Below, piece after piece: positions 10,185 to 23,249 of a DNA stretch of 64,000 nt. Source of the stretch: Callorhinchus milii. Taxonomy: Eukaryota. The translations under genes and the position numbers were made by a program. The number at the start of each line of letters is the position of its first letter. Positions within the stretch are counted from its first letter, which is position 1. A model generated the notes under the pieces. That model worked only from the letters and a program-made list of their open reading frames with translations. It was not told the origin of the DNA and ran no database searches. The stretch spans positions 31,622,001 through 31,686,000 of the forward strand of contig NW_024704743.1 of NCBI RefSeq assembly GCF_018977255.1, read 5' to 3'.

Positions 10185-11446
10185 CAGGGGTATCAAACTC
10201 ATCTGGCCCCAACGGCCATTTGAGTTAACACTGTTCACTTGGTGGGCCGCACCATTTTAAAAAAAAGTTATACTTAACTTACTGTACCTAAAAGGTCTAC
10301 AGTGATGGTATTTGTATTCGCTCAAATATATGTACAAAATATTACACCCACTGCACAATTCTTAGTCATCAATAAAATATGCAGGAAAATGTTCATTATG
10401 TGTCCTAGTTCCTCAACCTTTTATGCCTGTTGATGCAGAATAATGTAAGAAAATTAGTGCTGCATTTATTTATTTTCCAAACTTCGACAGCAACATTAAA
10501 GTCGTGGGTGGTTATTCTTAAAACAAATTGCATGCTGGACTGTGTCATCGAGATTTGTGCTCTCATCCAAGATGACTGAAAATGCATAAAACTTCGCTTT
10601 TTCTTTAAGTCGCAGTTTAATGTTGACTCCTATTTTGGTAATTCACTCAGCAACCGTGTTACGAGACAAACTGACGTTAGAACAATGTTATCTTTTTTTC
10701 AGGGTTTAATGCATCATCTGTTTTAAGCACGCACCTTTTAATAAATTTGCTATCTGAAAACCGTTTCTCAGCACATGCAATCTCTGCCAACAGCACTTTC
10801 ACTATTTTTGTCACGTTCAGAAAAACGTTTTGATTTGAGACTGCATAGCTTCTTTCATTGTTATTTTCAGTAAACTGAATACTTTGTCCGTGTGTCATAA
10901 TAATAATACTAATCCTTGCATTTGATATAGCGCCTTACCAGGTCTTCGGGACGTCTCAAAGCACTTCACAGAATATACTGTAAAGTGTAAACTATATTTT
11001 GTGGGCGAAACACGGCAACCAATTGCACACAGCAGTGTCCCAAAAACAGTCGTGGATTGTGTGACCAATTTTTTTTAAACAAATTACTACCCCCGGAAAA
11101 GTGACTTATTTTAAATTTAATAGAGTAAAAGAAACACAGTTTTAATATTACTTCACCTCCCTGTACTACGCAACACTAGTTGTGTGCTGCTACGTTAAAT
11201 GTAGTTCATGAGCAAACTCGTTCTGTGTGCCATCTGATTGGCAAATTTTACTAACTCAGTTGTCATTGACTTGGAGGGAATGCCACAAATGCAATGCAGA
11301 ATGCACAAGTTTGAATATATGTCTTATATTAAAAAGAGGACGGTTGGTTTAAAGAAAAATTATAGCACAGTATATCAATGCAATTTTAGAAACTAATGGG
11401 CAGATCGCCAAATATCACCCCACGGGCCATCCGTTTGACATCCTTG
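10185..11446 (-). mobile_element. Defective hAT DNA transposon (Charlie/SPIN/GTF2IRD2-like) with transposase remnant
   Basis: TIRs CAGGGGTATCAAAC and GTTTGACATCCTTG. Minus strand ~10500-10800 reads, across frameshifts, EKRFSDSKFIKRC...PEKK / SNVSLSRNTVAE / FSVILDEST, typical of this transposase group. Confidence 0.8.
10897..11105 (-). mobile_element. SINE 3' part inserted in the hAT element
   Basis: (TAA)n tail and GGCAACCAATTGCACACAGCAGTGTCCC body. Confidence 0.9.
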
Positions 11447-11753
11447 TAGAGGCATGGAGAGGATGGTGGTGATGCTCCTAATTGGAACGAACTACAGTAA
11501 TCCAGGTTGTGTCAAGTGAACCAAACACATATCAGATTAGTGTTTGGAGACTGATGCGAGTCAGAAAATAGTCACAAAGGGAATATTATTCATAAAGTTC
11601 CTGGGAGCGTCTTGCTGTGTTACATTTTATAATGATGTGGACAATTGTGATTCACATACCACAGTGCCAATGGTCACTGTGGTTAATGTGTGTCTTGGAT
11701 CTAGTTCTTATCTGTCTGTAACTAATAATCCCTGACTTTATTTTTCTTCCTAG

Positions 11754-11826
11754 GAAAATGAAGTAGAAGTGCTGCATTTGATAGTCCATTTTGCAGAGTT
11801 TGGATTGAAAAGAAGAGCTGAAAAAG
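11754..11826 (+). other. Candidate internal non-coding exon (73 nt)
   Basis: Branch-like ACTAAT/CTGAC, then TTTATTTTTCTTCCTAG| acceptor; purine-rich body; donor AAG|GTAGTG (moderate); contains ATG-AAG-TAG at 11758-11766. Confidence 0.6.
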
Positions 11827-13047
11827 GTAGTGGATTAGTTATCAACTACCAGTACTACAATGAAGATATTTTTGTCACAACTAGTCTGCAAACCAGTTCC
11901 ATGTAATGAAATTTGCATTTACTATGTACATATTTGGTTATAGCAAAATTATTATCTTGTCGATTACAGTTGATTATTGTAGCAAAAGGCATCATTTTCC
12001 AACTGGAAGAAATATGATCCAAGGGTTACCAAGCATTAAATAAGGTGACTCAACCCTACTTTCAATAATCCAACCCCCAGGTTGGATGGAAACCGTTGAC
12101 TGTCCAGCACCTTGCGACATCCTCCTGAGTGAAAGGCGCTATATAAATGCAATTTGTTGTTGATGACTTTGCTGTGTCATTTATTTGGTCTGAAATTACC
12201 AGTGAAGAAAGAGTGAGCCTTAGTTGTTGCAAACTTTTAAGTGTGCGAGTAAAATCTATGGGTATCTGGAGAAACGTCATGCAATTTCAAACTTGATTAC
12301 ATTGATCAGTTATGATCAACATTGATAAACTTAATAATCCATTGTGACCTATACTGCAACTGATCTGCACATGATGACCTGCTTGTTTTGAAAATCAGGA
12401 AGAGAAATTGAAAAGGTGAACTATTTAACTTTTTGTAACTATAACTTGGCTCTTCAAGGCAAACTAGAGTACCAAGTTTGGAATAGATGTTACACTCACT
12501 AATAATAATCTTTGCATTTGATATAGCGTCTTATTATGTCTTCTAGACAACTCAAAGCGCTTCACAGAATATACTGTGAAGTGAATTGACTATATTTTGT
12601 GGGCGTCACTTTGGTGCCTTTGTGATGAAGAGTTCGAATAATGAAAAGTTAAACTGTTTTGATGAGGAATAAAGTTACATCGTTCCGTGAATCTGCTTTT
12701 ATTGAAAAAGAATCTACATTAAGATTTGACCAATTTAATTGCATATCTATTTTTGTGAATGGTGGTGCTCACCTAAGTGAGGGACAACTTTACTGGAATT
12801 GGGCCCTTTTTCACTTTTGGCACCCTTTGTTGGCATTGAACTCAACAAAGAAAATCTCAAAGAGCACTCTTTGCTGCACTGTTGTGAACAGGATAATTAC
12901 CTTGAGTGAATTGGATGACTGAGAATTTTGGTGAGATGCTGTTGGATTGTGAAATTTAGTTGTGTAAAATAATCCTTGAATTTGATATAAAACCTTATCA
13001 CGTCATTGAGCCGTCTCAAAGCGCTTCACAGAATATATTGTAAAGTG

Positions 13048-13185
13048 TAAACAAAACAGCAAAATCCTGCAGATGCTGGAAATCTGAAATAATAATGGAA
13101 GTTGCTGGGGATACCAGCAGGTTCCTCCCTCTCTGGAGAGAAGGAAATTAGTTAACGTTTCAGGTCTATGACCTTTCGTCAGAAC
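13048..13185 (-). mobile_element. Short Penelope-like (pLTR-derived) element with ~14-bp target duplication
   Basis: TGCAGATGCTGGAAATCTGAAAT...GTTAACGTTTCAGGTCTATGACCTTTCGTCAGAAC; flanked by 13034-13047 and 13186-13199 (13/14 identical); carries a hammerhead motif. Confidence 0.7.
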
Positions 13186-13187
13186 TA
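13149..13187 (-). ncRNA. Minimal type I hammerhead ribozyme
   Basis: UAGUU-CUGACGA-A-AGGUC AUA GACCU-GAA-ACGU-U-AACUA: stem I (5 bp), core CUGANGA and GAAA, stem II (5 bp), palindromic ACGU in place of stem III, GUU cleavage triplet. Confidence 0.8.
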
Positions 13188-14588
13188 TATTGCAAAGTGA
13201 ATTGACTGTATATTCGTGGGTGAAATGCGGTAGCCAAGGTGGGATTGATAATTCTAGGAGGTGGGGTTTAAATTCTGATTGGGGAAGGTTGAGAAATTGA
13301 GTAATAAGACAGCAAAATTTTAAGCAATGAATCAGACTTAGCTGGGAAGGGTTTAAAGAGAGAAAAATAGTTAAGTGTTATGTGACCCTAGCAAGATTGC
13401 AAGTATCCCACATGTTGTGCATGTGATAGCAGAAGAATTGGGCTAAATAGGCACCTCAGTTGATGAGAGTTAGAGAGTCAATTTTATCTTCTCGGTTTGT
13501 GTAACATTCTCCACTTGGTCAATCAAGTTGCGCAATAGCCGGTGATATCCACTTGGTATTTTGGTGGAATGGGATGCATCAGCAAGCAAGCTGGATCGAG
13601 CAAATCAATTTAATGACAAATATTTAAGTGGCAGTCTAAATCTATTGGGAGTTCAGGCATGCAATAAAGGCGTTATGCTCTGCTGCACACTTGCTTATAA
13701 CTTAGAATTCTTGGGAACACCTTAGCTAAGGTTTCATAGACCTTGTATACTAGGAAAAATAGTATATCCTATGAGAAAGTGTCCCATTTCCAGTACAGCT
13801 ATCTCCCACTTAGGTGGACACCACCATTCACAACAATAGATATGCAATCAGTTGGTCAAATCTTAATGTAGATTTAAAAATAAATAAAAGATTTAAGAAC
13901 AAGAGCTCTGGGGAGCTATCCTGCATGAGGGTCGTGTATAAATGCAAGTTGTTGAGAAAACTTGGGGGAGTTTGGTCAAATGTTTAGTGTCACTTCAACA
14001 AATATCTGGAATCCCTCGAAGGAAGATCAGGGACAGGACACATTCTCTACCAACCACATGGAATACTCCTAACCCACTCCAGTGGAGACAGAGCAATCCA
14101 ATTACAAAACTACCACCACCCTTACATGGGGTAGTATCTCAGTGCCAGAGCTTAACCCTCAGCTGAGGAGGGAGGGGAGGAAATGTCGGCCCATTCAAAG
14201 AGGAAGGTCTTAAGAGGCGATCTGAATTAGTGATCAAAAGGGTAAAAATAGTGTATTATTAGAGTGTTTGCAGTTTAAGGGTTGTGCTATTTACATGTAA
14301 AATATTGTATTCTCATCTTTAATTAAAGAAATGCGTTTTAAAATATTTGAAGAATGTTTCTGCAGATTTTATACAAAGAAAGTAGGAGAGCAGATGGGCA
14401 TTTTATATACTTAATATATCTGCTGAAATAATCAGCATATTGCTTTTCCTTTGCTTTTATTCTGAATTGATTCTTGGAGGGATGTCCATAAAGACTTGTA
14501 TCCTAACAGGCAGTTTTTTCATGGAACAATGCAGAATGTTTTGAGTGAAAATTATAATACTGTGACCAGAAATGAAACATTCGGGACT

Positions 14589-14908
14589 ATTAATAATAAT
14601 AATAATCCTTTCATTTGATATAGCGCTCTTCACGTCTTCTCGAGTCTCAAAGTGCTTCACAGAATATACTGTAAAGTGAATTGATTGTATATTTGTGGGC
14701 GAAACGCGGCAGCCAATTGCGCACAGCAGTGTCCCACAATCAGTCATGGATTGAAGTGACCAAATTATTATTGTACTTTTTTCTTGAGGGATTACTATCA
14801 GGTGTGTGGAGTAAGGAAACTTGCCCAAGGTTTCACCCTGCCAGGAATCAAACTCAGGTATCTCGCTTGCGAGGCGAGCGCTCTAACCACTGAGCTACAG
14901 GATTCCAC
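14589..14908 (-). mobile_element. SINE, short subfamily with CGC anticodon head, full length
   Basis: Complete head-to-tail match to the other copies. Confidence 0.93.
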
Positions 14909-15154
14909 ATTCTGTTCTCACTTGGGATTTCTCTGCCCTCCTTGGTCACCTCCCTCCTCCATACCCCTTGTCCTCACCCTTTCTCTGATGCCAACCCGCA
15001 GTTCGGGTGCAACCCCCCAACCCCCTCCCCCCCCCATTGTCCAGCGTCTTGTGAATGGCACGATGTAAATGCAATTTATTTTTGTTGGGCTCCAGTGACC
15101 CTACTGTTCCATTGCAACTCAGAGGTAATTTGCATTTCATTTAAAGCTGTATTT

Positions 15155-15490
15155 GTGGAGTCCTCTATCTTCGAGGTTAGAGCATTCGCTTCACGAGCGA
15201 GAGGACCTGGGTTCGATTCTCGGGCAGGACGAAGCCTACTCCACACGCCTCTGTTTACCTAGCAGTAAGCAGGCGCTTGGTTGTTAGTCGAGTGGTGGAT
15301 CGCTTCTCCAAGGGAAATAATCCCTTCAAAAAAAATAATAATAATAAATTGGTTACTGTGTGACACTGCAATGGCAATTGGCTGCTGTGTTTCACCCACA
15401 AAGTATACAGTCAATTCACTTTACATATATTCTGTGAAGCGCTTTGAGATTTCTCGAAGACACTATGTCAGATGCAATGATTAATATTAT
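15155..15490 (+). mobile_element. SINE, long subfamily
   Basis: GTGGAGTCC head, CTGTTTACCTAGCAGTAAG segment, tail. Confidence 0.9.
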
Positions 15491-15914
15491 TGTATTTCTG
15501 TGAACTAATTGAACCTGGTTGGATATACAAGAATTCTGTATTCAAAAACATATTTGCAATTCCTTTTCATTAGTCTCTGTGAAAAATTGATCTGTGTGCA
15601 TCCTGGATTTATTCAAATATTTGATTCTCAAACTTACACAGAAATGACTCTGTCTTCATATCCTCGAATCAATTAATATCGACCCAATATAATGACTGTG
15701 GTTATCTGCTCCTGAGTTTCAGAGAAATCATACTTTTAACATTATATTTTTTACTTGTGGAAAGAATTTAACTGCTGTTTTATGTAGGATTAAAATTTGA
15801 GACGGTTTAAAACCTGTACTTGATCATATTTTACTGACCAATATTAGAAGTATTAGATAGACATTTTGGGGCTCCCTTTAGCTCTCTTAGTAAAGCAACT
15901 GCCGGATATGAAAA

Positions 15915-16235
15915 TTAATCATACAGACCAGGGAGGTTTCAGGTTCAATGCCCTGTGTGATGATTTTAGCTATTTTCAGTCAGGGTAATTGAAGAGCACT
16001 ATAATTGGCTTCAGCGACTCTGGCAAGGGAGGGGGGAATAATCCAGAATTGCTTCTAATCCTATTACTCCCAACAGAATAATTCCTGGTGAAGTGTCCAT
16101 TGTGTACATGTGGGATGAGGGTTGTGTTGGACTCATGGTCAAAAAGCTTTATCTCTCAAGAATTAATATTTGTTTAATGTAGAAGAAGACACCTGTAGAA
16201 GTACAAGTCAGCAGCAAAGAGTGAAGGCATTTTTA
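15915..16235 (+). mobile_element. Ancient SINE family B
   Basis: CATACAGACCAGGGAGGTTTCAGGTTCAAT B-box-like head, CACTATAATTGGCTTCAG, GGGAGGGGGGAATAATCCAG. Confidence 0.55.
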
Positions 16236-16589
16236 TAAAATATCCTTTTAAGTTCTTAAGTAATTTCCACATTCAATTTAATGCAACCTAAAACCCATTG
16301 TCTACTGTGGTCCAATGGAATAATTATAATTCCTATAGTGAAGAAATGAAACCATTAATTATGAACCAAATTTGGTGGGACCCCTGAATTTGATACAGCA
16401 TGAATTATTTATTCATAATCTACTTTTCCATTTGTGCGGTGTCACTTATACTGTAATTTTATAATCTTTTAATGGGGGTTATAATTTGCATTCATGGTTT
16501 TGTACACGAACGTTTGTACAGTCGATTTGACTGGCCAGCTTAGTGCTAATTAATATTGGATAGAGCTGTGTTCATTTTTTTCCTATAAA

Positions 16590-16890
16590 TTACAATACAA
16601 TTAAAAGGCCGTCATTCCACCCATAGGACCTGCATTCAAATGCAGTCCAGAGTCTGCAGACTGCAAAGGTTTTTACGTGATCTGAATTTGGGTAGTCTCA
16701 AACCAATTCCTTATGTGTGCAGAACACAAACAGACCATAATTCAACACAAATTAGCAATTGCATGTGTATAAGCCATAAGGGTAGTTGATGTGGGAATTG
16801 AAAATGCCACAGTGGGGTGAGATACTGGAGGGGTGGTTGGCATCTGTGGAAACATGGCTCAGCATGAGTCAGTGCCTGCAGGAGTGAAAA
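16590..16890 (+). mobile_element. Ancient LF-SINE-like element
   Basis: GTGATCTGAATTTGGGTAGTCTCAAACCAATTCCT resembles the recalled LF-SINE body; 3' part GATACTGGAGGG...CAGCATGAGTCAGTGCC shared with family B. Confidence 0.4.
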
Positions 16891-17049
16891 AAATACCACT
16901 AATACTATGCATTGGCTGTGCTATGACTATACCAAGTGTACAGCTAACACACTTACACTTAAAACGGCCTCTTTTCCTAAACGTAAAACAATTAGTGTCT
17001 ACATTGTACAATTTTCAAAAAGAATAGTACTAAAAATTCTTGCATTTTA

Positions 17050-17400
17050 TATTATAGTCCTTGTATTTGATGTAGACGCCTTTCACGTTGGGAGGATATT
17101 TCAAAGTGCTTCACACGATTTACTGTAAATTGCAGTGACTCTGTATTTGCAGGTAAGTACAACAGCCAATTTGCGCACAGACTAGTGTTAACTGCCAGGA
17201 GAAACTCTTCTCTTTTCAAATAGTCATGGTATCGTTAACATCCACTTGAACAGTCATGGGACCTTGATTTATCTTCTTATCTGAAGAACGGCATCTCCGA
17301 CAATGCAGCATTCCAGCACTGCGTTGCAGTGTCACCGAGACTATAAACTCAGTGTCACGATGCCTAGGGAGCCGAAAGTGCTATCAATTGGCTGGCACTT
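17050..17400 (-). mobile_element. Old Deu-domain SINE
   Basis: GGCATCTCCGACAATGCAGCATTCC, AACATCCACTTGAACAG and the shared tail. Confidence 0.75.
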
Positions 17401-19499
17401 CTGGACATGTTGTAAGATGAGCCTTTGGTTCTCTGCTTGATGACGCTAATTCCTAAATGCTAAAAGCTGGAGAAAATCAGATAGAAAGAACCTGATGCAC
17501 AAAAATAGGTAACCAGTGAAAATCTTGATTTTTGGAACATCAAACACTGAAGAAAACAAGTCCAAAAGTTGTTTTTTTGGTTAATACAATTATTGAGAGC
17601 TGATTATCCACACTAACTGAATCAACCCCATTGCAGATAAGCAAATAGTGCTAATATTTGGACGTCATGAAAAATATAAATCTACTACAGTCTGCTAAAA
17701 AAAGGAATTACATTGCTAATTATGCAAATTGGCTGCCAATACACAGTCACTACACCATATTGTAAATCCTGTGAAGAACTTTGAGATGTTTCATTGACAT
17801 TATAAGGTGCCTTATCAAATGCATGAATTATTATTTTTATACTGTACCACGCAATGCCAGTCCTCTTACTGTAACTCTCTTCTGTCTCTCTCTACCACTC
17901 TTTCTGACATTCTCAGTCTTTCTCTCTCTGAGTCTCCAATATTCAGTCTCTTTCTAAGACATTTTCTATTTCTACACTGTATAAAAGTTTTAAATTAAGC
18001 ACTTACCACCCAAACAAAAAACAATTGTATATTGCGTTATGGAGCGCTTAGAATTTAGTGCTTATTTTGTTGATACTGAAAGGGGCGAAATTGACCCAGT
18101 AGTATTGAATCAAATATCTTCCAATCTAAAGTCCAGTGCTCAAACAACAGGCATGTTTTGTGGTTGGACTTTGGCTATGTTCCTCTATTAGCAGGCATAG
18201 TAGGCATGTGTATTAAATCTGGAGTACTTTGAGTGTTGTAACTCAACTCTATTATAGTCTTGGATGGAAAGAAAATCAAAACATGCTCCATTTCCACAAT
18301 TTTTTAACTTCCCACAAACATCTGCAATGGTGTCCTTTAAAGTGAAATATGATTTTTTCTGTAATGGTTTCTTATCTAAGCCCTTCAATTGCGAACCCTG
18401 AAGAGGGGCAAACAAAATTCTGCCGAACAATCACTTGTTTGAGTAATCAAACTTAGCAGTGAAGTTGTTGGAATTTTGGCTGGCTTTTTAGTTGCTGAAC
18501 AATATGAACAGAGGGGTCTAATACTACTGTTGTAAGTAATACCGAATGACCGAGCCAAGGAAAGACAGATAAACTACCTGAGACAATTAGACTGTGTCTT
18601 ATTCAGTGTTGGTTTTGTGGTAATTGCTAAGCCTGAAGAAAGACAGACAGTGTTCAGCTTTTCGCTTTAAAAAGAAGTAGGTCTAGTAGTGCGTTAGCAA
18701 GACAAAGGTCTGAAAATGAAAATCCAGACACCTAGGTCTTTTAAAATTAATACACAGTGGGTTCAACCTATTACACCCAGGATCCAAATGTACAGTTTTG
18801 ATGATTAACAATGATGTCCTCAAAATATTGATTAAATGGTTTAGAAAGGTAGAGTACTGTAAGTTTTTGTACTTTTACTTTGGAGGCAGCTACATGGTCC
18901 GCAATGGTCTTTGTTGGTACTATAAATTTCTATGTTCCTGTATAACTGTATTCTGATTGAGATGTGACGTATGTTCAGTATGCATAGTTGCACAAAGTAT
19001 TTCCAAGGCACACAATGAGACTGGTAACTGTGGAATAAGTTATACTTTTTTTCAGTCAGTCGGGAGTCTGACCAAACTAGACAGAATTCTCCATATGTAT
19101 GTCAACTATTAGTTGCAAATTTGTGAGAGCCAAGGCTTGGGGATCATAGTGAGTGAGATTGGATACTGCTGCAATTTCCTCAGCTAAACCTGTGAGGATT
19201 GCCATTGGGAGCATTGTCTGGCAATATTCTCTCTGCTTGTCCAGCCAGGACCAACCTACCCAAGGGATTTTGGCTTGCAGGCTTAACAGGAGTCAAATAG
19301 GAAAAATCTTTGACCCCAGTGACTGCCCCTCCAGGTCCTGAAATTCATGGAGCCATGCTGCCTGATCTGTTATTGAGTCCTGGATCAGGACATGGACTAC
19401 CATGACTGCCACTGATTATTAACTTGGTTCTGACATTCCATTGCCATAGGCATCAAGGAGACACTCTGCTTCCACCCCACCGCATCCCCCACCCCCATC

Positions 19500-20290
19500 T
19501 CTCTTTCCGAGGAGAATAGTCACTTTGACATCTGCCAATTACAAGTTTTAGCCCTCACTGAATGGAGAGCAGGTACAAGGAACTCCCTGTGAACATCCTG
19601 GTGAGCAGCACATCTTAACATGAAATGTATGAGAGCATTGCCACTGTCCTCCTGCCCATAGCACAGTCACACTTCTTTACCCATTGAGTCATGGTTCCAA
19701 CAGTTGGAGGTGCAGAGCTAAAGCAGCAGCTATTTACCTCTCCGCATACCAATCAAGGTGGAAACCAAGTCCTGGATATATGAACTTGTGTTCGAACCCG
19801 GACTTCAGGTTACGCCTTCCAGCAGCTGTTATGCCAATTCTCAGCGATTCCTCATTAGCTATTCAGTGGACACCTGCCTTCAGCATGATGGCAGAATTTA
19901 TCTCCGACAGCATGTGACCTTGTCAGCCACCTTAATGTTCTAGAGGTACAGAGGCTGAAAGATCTCGACTGCATCGGTCATTGAGTCTACGCTTTCAGCC
20001 GGTGCAAAGCCTCGGTCCCACGCTTCGTAGTCAGAAATATCCTTCACGTGGTGGAGTACCTTGGCATGATCACTCGTAGCACAAAGCCTATCAGCCACTC
20101 TGACCTGGCAGTCACCCTGTGTCACAGGATCAGCACCTTGCCCAAAACTCTCTTGACACAAAAGGTGACTTTTTCCCAGCTGTTGAACAACGCAATTGGA
20201 GAGCCTAGGACCTGCCAAGCTCTTCACAACTACATAAGTTATAGGGTTTGGGTAGAAAGCAGCATGAGATGAATAGCTTGTTGAAAGTAA
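19500..20290 (-). mobile_element. Highly degenerate non-LTR retrotransposon ORF 3' part (possibly Ingi/Vingi clade)
   Basis: GC-richer block; broken minus frames give patterns reminiscent of the AL.L..STA..SP segment and a C-terminal Cys/His region; many stops. Confidence 0.35.
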
Positions 20291-20914
20291 AAATGAAGAA
20301 ACCAGCTTAATAATGGCCAATTATTATCTGGGAAATCTCAATTACTTTGGCCCAATTACCGTCTGGTGCTATGAAATTAATTTGGTCTTTTGAACCAATG
20401 TATTGTACGTTTATGCATTTTAGAGCAGTTGGCAAGTTTATATTGGTAGCGGTCATCCGGAACAGATATTTGTGTGTTACCTACTGTATAGCTAGTCAGT
20501 GTCCAGATGATGTTTCTAAAGTTCTACAGCTATTTCGCAAATACAATGAATCATTATTGGCTTATAATAAAAATTCCCATCATAAATGCATATCAAAAGA
20601 TTTGCAACACTAAATGAATATGCCCCTCTGGCTATTTTGATGCAAGATTGTTAGATACAGGTTATTGAGCAGAGCATCATGGATGCATATAATTCTCTTC
20701 CACCATTTGAGCTAACAGCATACTTTCTCACCTGCACTCCTCATAAATAGCAACCATTAACTGCTGTTTGTACTTGAGTTGAGAGTACAGGTGTGTTTGC
20801 ATTACTTAGAATTGTAGAAAGCTTACAGCACAGCAGGGGGGCATTTTTACCTTTGTATCTATTCTGGTCCTTAATGATGTCTCCTGATTGATTATCATAA
20901 TAATACTATTAGCA

Positions 20915-21322
20915 ATAATAATCCTTACATTTGACATAACACCTTATGTCGTTGAAACATCTTGAAGTGCTTTGCAGGATTTACTGTGAAGTTTAGTGAC
21001 TGTATTTGTTGGGGAAGATGGTAGCCAATTTGCACACAGTAATTTGCTACGAATAGCCATGAAGTGAGCGACCGATTTTATCTGGGGCATCGTTGGTCAG
21101 AACCCTGGGAGAAACTACTTTCACTTTTCAATTATGAAATAGTGTTCATCTGTACAGGCAGACAACTTCGGTTTATTGTCTCATTCAAAGGACAGCTCCT
21201 CTGTCAATGCAGCATTCCCCCAGCATTATATTGGATTTTCAGCCCTGATTGTGAGCTAAAAGTCCCAATATGGGGCTTGAACCCTTAAACTTCTGATTCA
21301 GAGGAGAGTGCTGTTGAGCCAG
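20915..21322 (-). mobile_element. Old Deu-domain SINE, near full length
   Basis: Tail through GGGGCTTGAACCCTTAAACTTCTGATTCAGAGGAGAGTGCT (tRNA-like head). Confidence 0.8.
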
Positions 21323-22340
21323 ATCCATACGTCCGATGAACCATCGGCATGATTGATACCATGGGCCTCACATTTCTGCTTTCTTCAAGTGGGGTATTCA
21401 GTCACATGTCACTTGCTAACTCTTGGAGATCTTTTCATTACATGTTAAGAATAGAATTCCATTGGAATCGTGTAACAAAAAGATTGATTGTGTCACTAAT
21501 TGGAATGAGATAGACCACTGTATGAAGTTTGAAGACTTAAGCAATGAGGTTTAACCACAGAGTGTTTTTTGGAGAGAAAGAGTTAATAGTAGTGCCATAA
21601 ATGCATATTTGCTTGTTTATTATTCATAGAGAAGAGATTAAGACCTAACTTGTTTGCTATTTCTCAGAATGGCATTAATCCAGGCTTGGTGGTAGAACAC
21701 CATGGACCTTATTTAGGAGAACTAAAAATATACAATATATTGCAACTTGCTTTTTGTGAGGATGGGAAGATTTCAGTTTGACTCCTGAAACTTCTTAAAG
21801 ACTTCTCTGCACTTTGACTCCTGTTGTGCATATGAACTTTGAATGAGGACATAATCAGACTGTTCTGTGACACCTCTGCAGTTGTATAACCTGCTGACAC
21901 TCCATCCAGATGATCTGTCCTTGTTAAGGTCTGTGCACACCACACAGCACATTAATCGATTGATCGATTGGAGAAATTATTTATGCGATTTCTATATTTC
22001 TGTTGCAGTTGTCTTCCATCCCCTAAATTCACTTTACAGTATATTCTGTTAAGCGCTTTGAGACATCTAGAAGACGTGAAAAGCGCTATATCATATGCAA
22101 GGATTATTATTATTATAAAGGCAATGACTCATGCTGGGGTTTGCATTGATGCTCAAGTGGCTATTCTCTAGCCCCTAGTAGATGTTCACTGGGCCCATGG
22201 GAAGCATTGTTATCACTCAATATGCAAAAATGTACACCTCCAGAATAGGTTGCTGAAAAATACCCTGTTTCTGATCTAGGAACATGAATGGCTAACTGGG
22301 GGCATGCTTGGGATTGAACCTGAGATGTTCCTTGTCTGTA

Positions 22341-22712
22341 TGGAGCCCCGTAGCTCAGTGGTTAGAGCACTCTCCTCACAAGTGAGAGGATCTGAGTTTG
22401 ATTACCAGCAGGGCGAAATGTTGGGCAACTGCTAGGTAAATAGAGACATGTCTCTATTTACCTAGCAGTAAGTAGGAACCTGGTTGTTAGCCGATTGACA
22501 TATTGCATTTCCGGGAGTAATCCATAAAATAATATATAATTTTGTCACTCAATCCACAATTATTTGTGGGACACTGCTGTGTGCAATTGGCTGCCGCATT
22601 TTGCCCCCAAAATATACAGTGCATTCATTTTACAGTATATTCCGTGAAGCTCTTTGAGATGTCTCGAAGATGTGATAAGGCGCTATATCAAATGCAAGAT
22701 TATTATTATTAT
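22341..22712 (+). mobile_element. SINE, long subfamily, with internal 42-bp perfect palindrome
   Basis: Full head and tail; 22428-22469 is self-complementary. Confidence 0.92.
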
Positions 22713-23249
22713 CAGACAATGTGGTGCAATTACCCATTTATCCATTGAGAGGGGGGGGGGGGGAGGAAAAAATCAGAAAAAAACAGTTCCAAGAGAGTGC
22801 AAATACAAATTCAAAATTTTCCTAGCGGTATAAAGTTGCTTCTGTCACATTATCCAATAAACAATTCGGCTGCATTTAAGCGCTGGTTTGCTCAGTCTAG
22901 TGAAACTTTATTTAGAGTGCTGTAGGATTGTATGGAAAGTTTATTTTTGTTTTCAAGTGAGAGTACACTCCATCTCTCAACATCTATCACAAACTTCCCA
23001 GCTGTGTCTACTGTGGGAGTGTCAATTAAAACATCTTACATAGACTTGAGGTTTCCTATAGGCTTGAAACTGCTGAAAATGTTTTTTTTGAATACTGAGC
23101 TATATTTTGGATTTGCCTTGGGACTGAGATGGTGACAGTGTTAGGAGGGAGAAGGGTGATGGACAAATGAAAATCATCCATCATCCAGTTTAACTTTTGT
23201 GACAAACTTGAAAGACACTTCCTCTATCTCTGCAGTATCACCTTCCTTC

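Larger units (their letters stand above)
12968..13238 (-). mobile_element. SINE 3' part interrupted by a Penelope-derived insertion
   Basis: Tail sequence breaks at 13047 and resumes at ~13186 with duplicated TATATTG(T/C)AAAGTG. Confidence 0.85.

Noticed and set aside
18395..18435. Second hammerhead-like motif CTGAAGA-GGGGCA...TGCC-GAAC
   Set aside because: GAAA core is incomplete and no stem I or III pairing was found.
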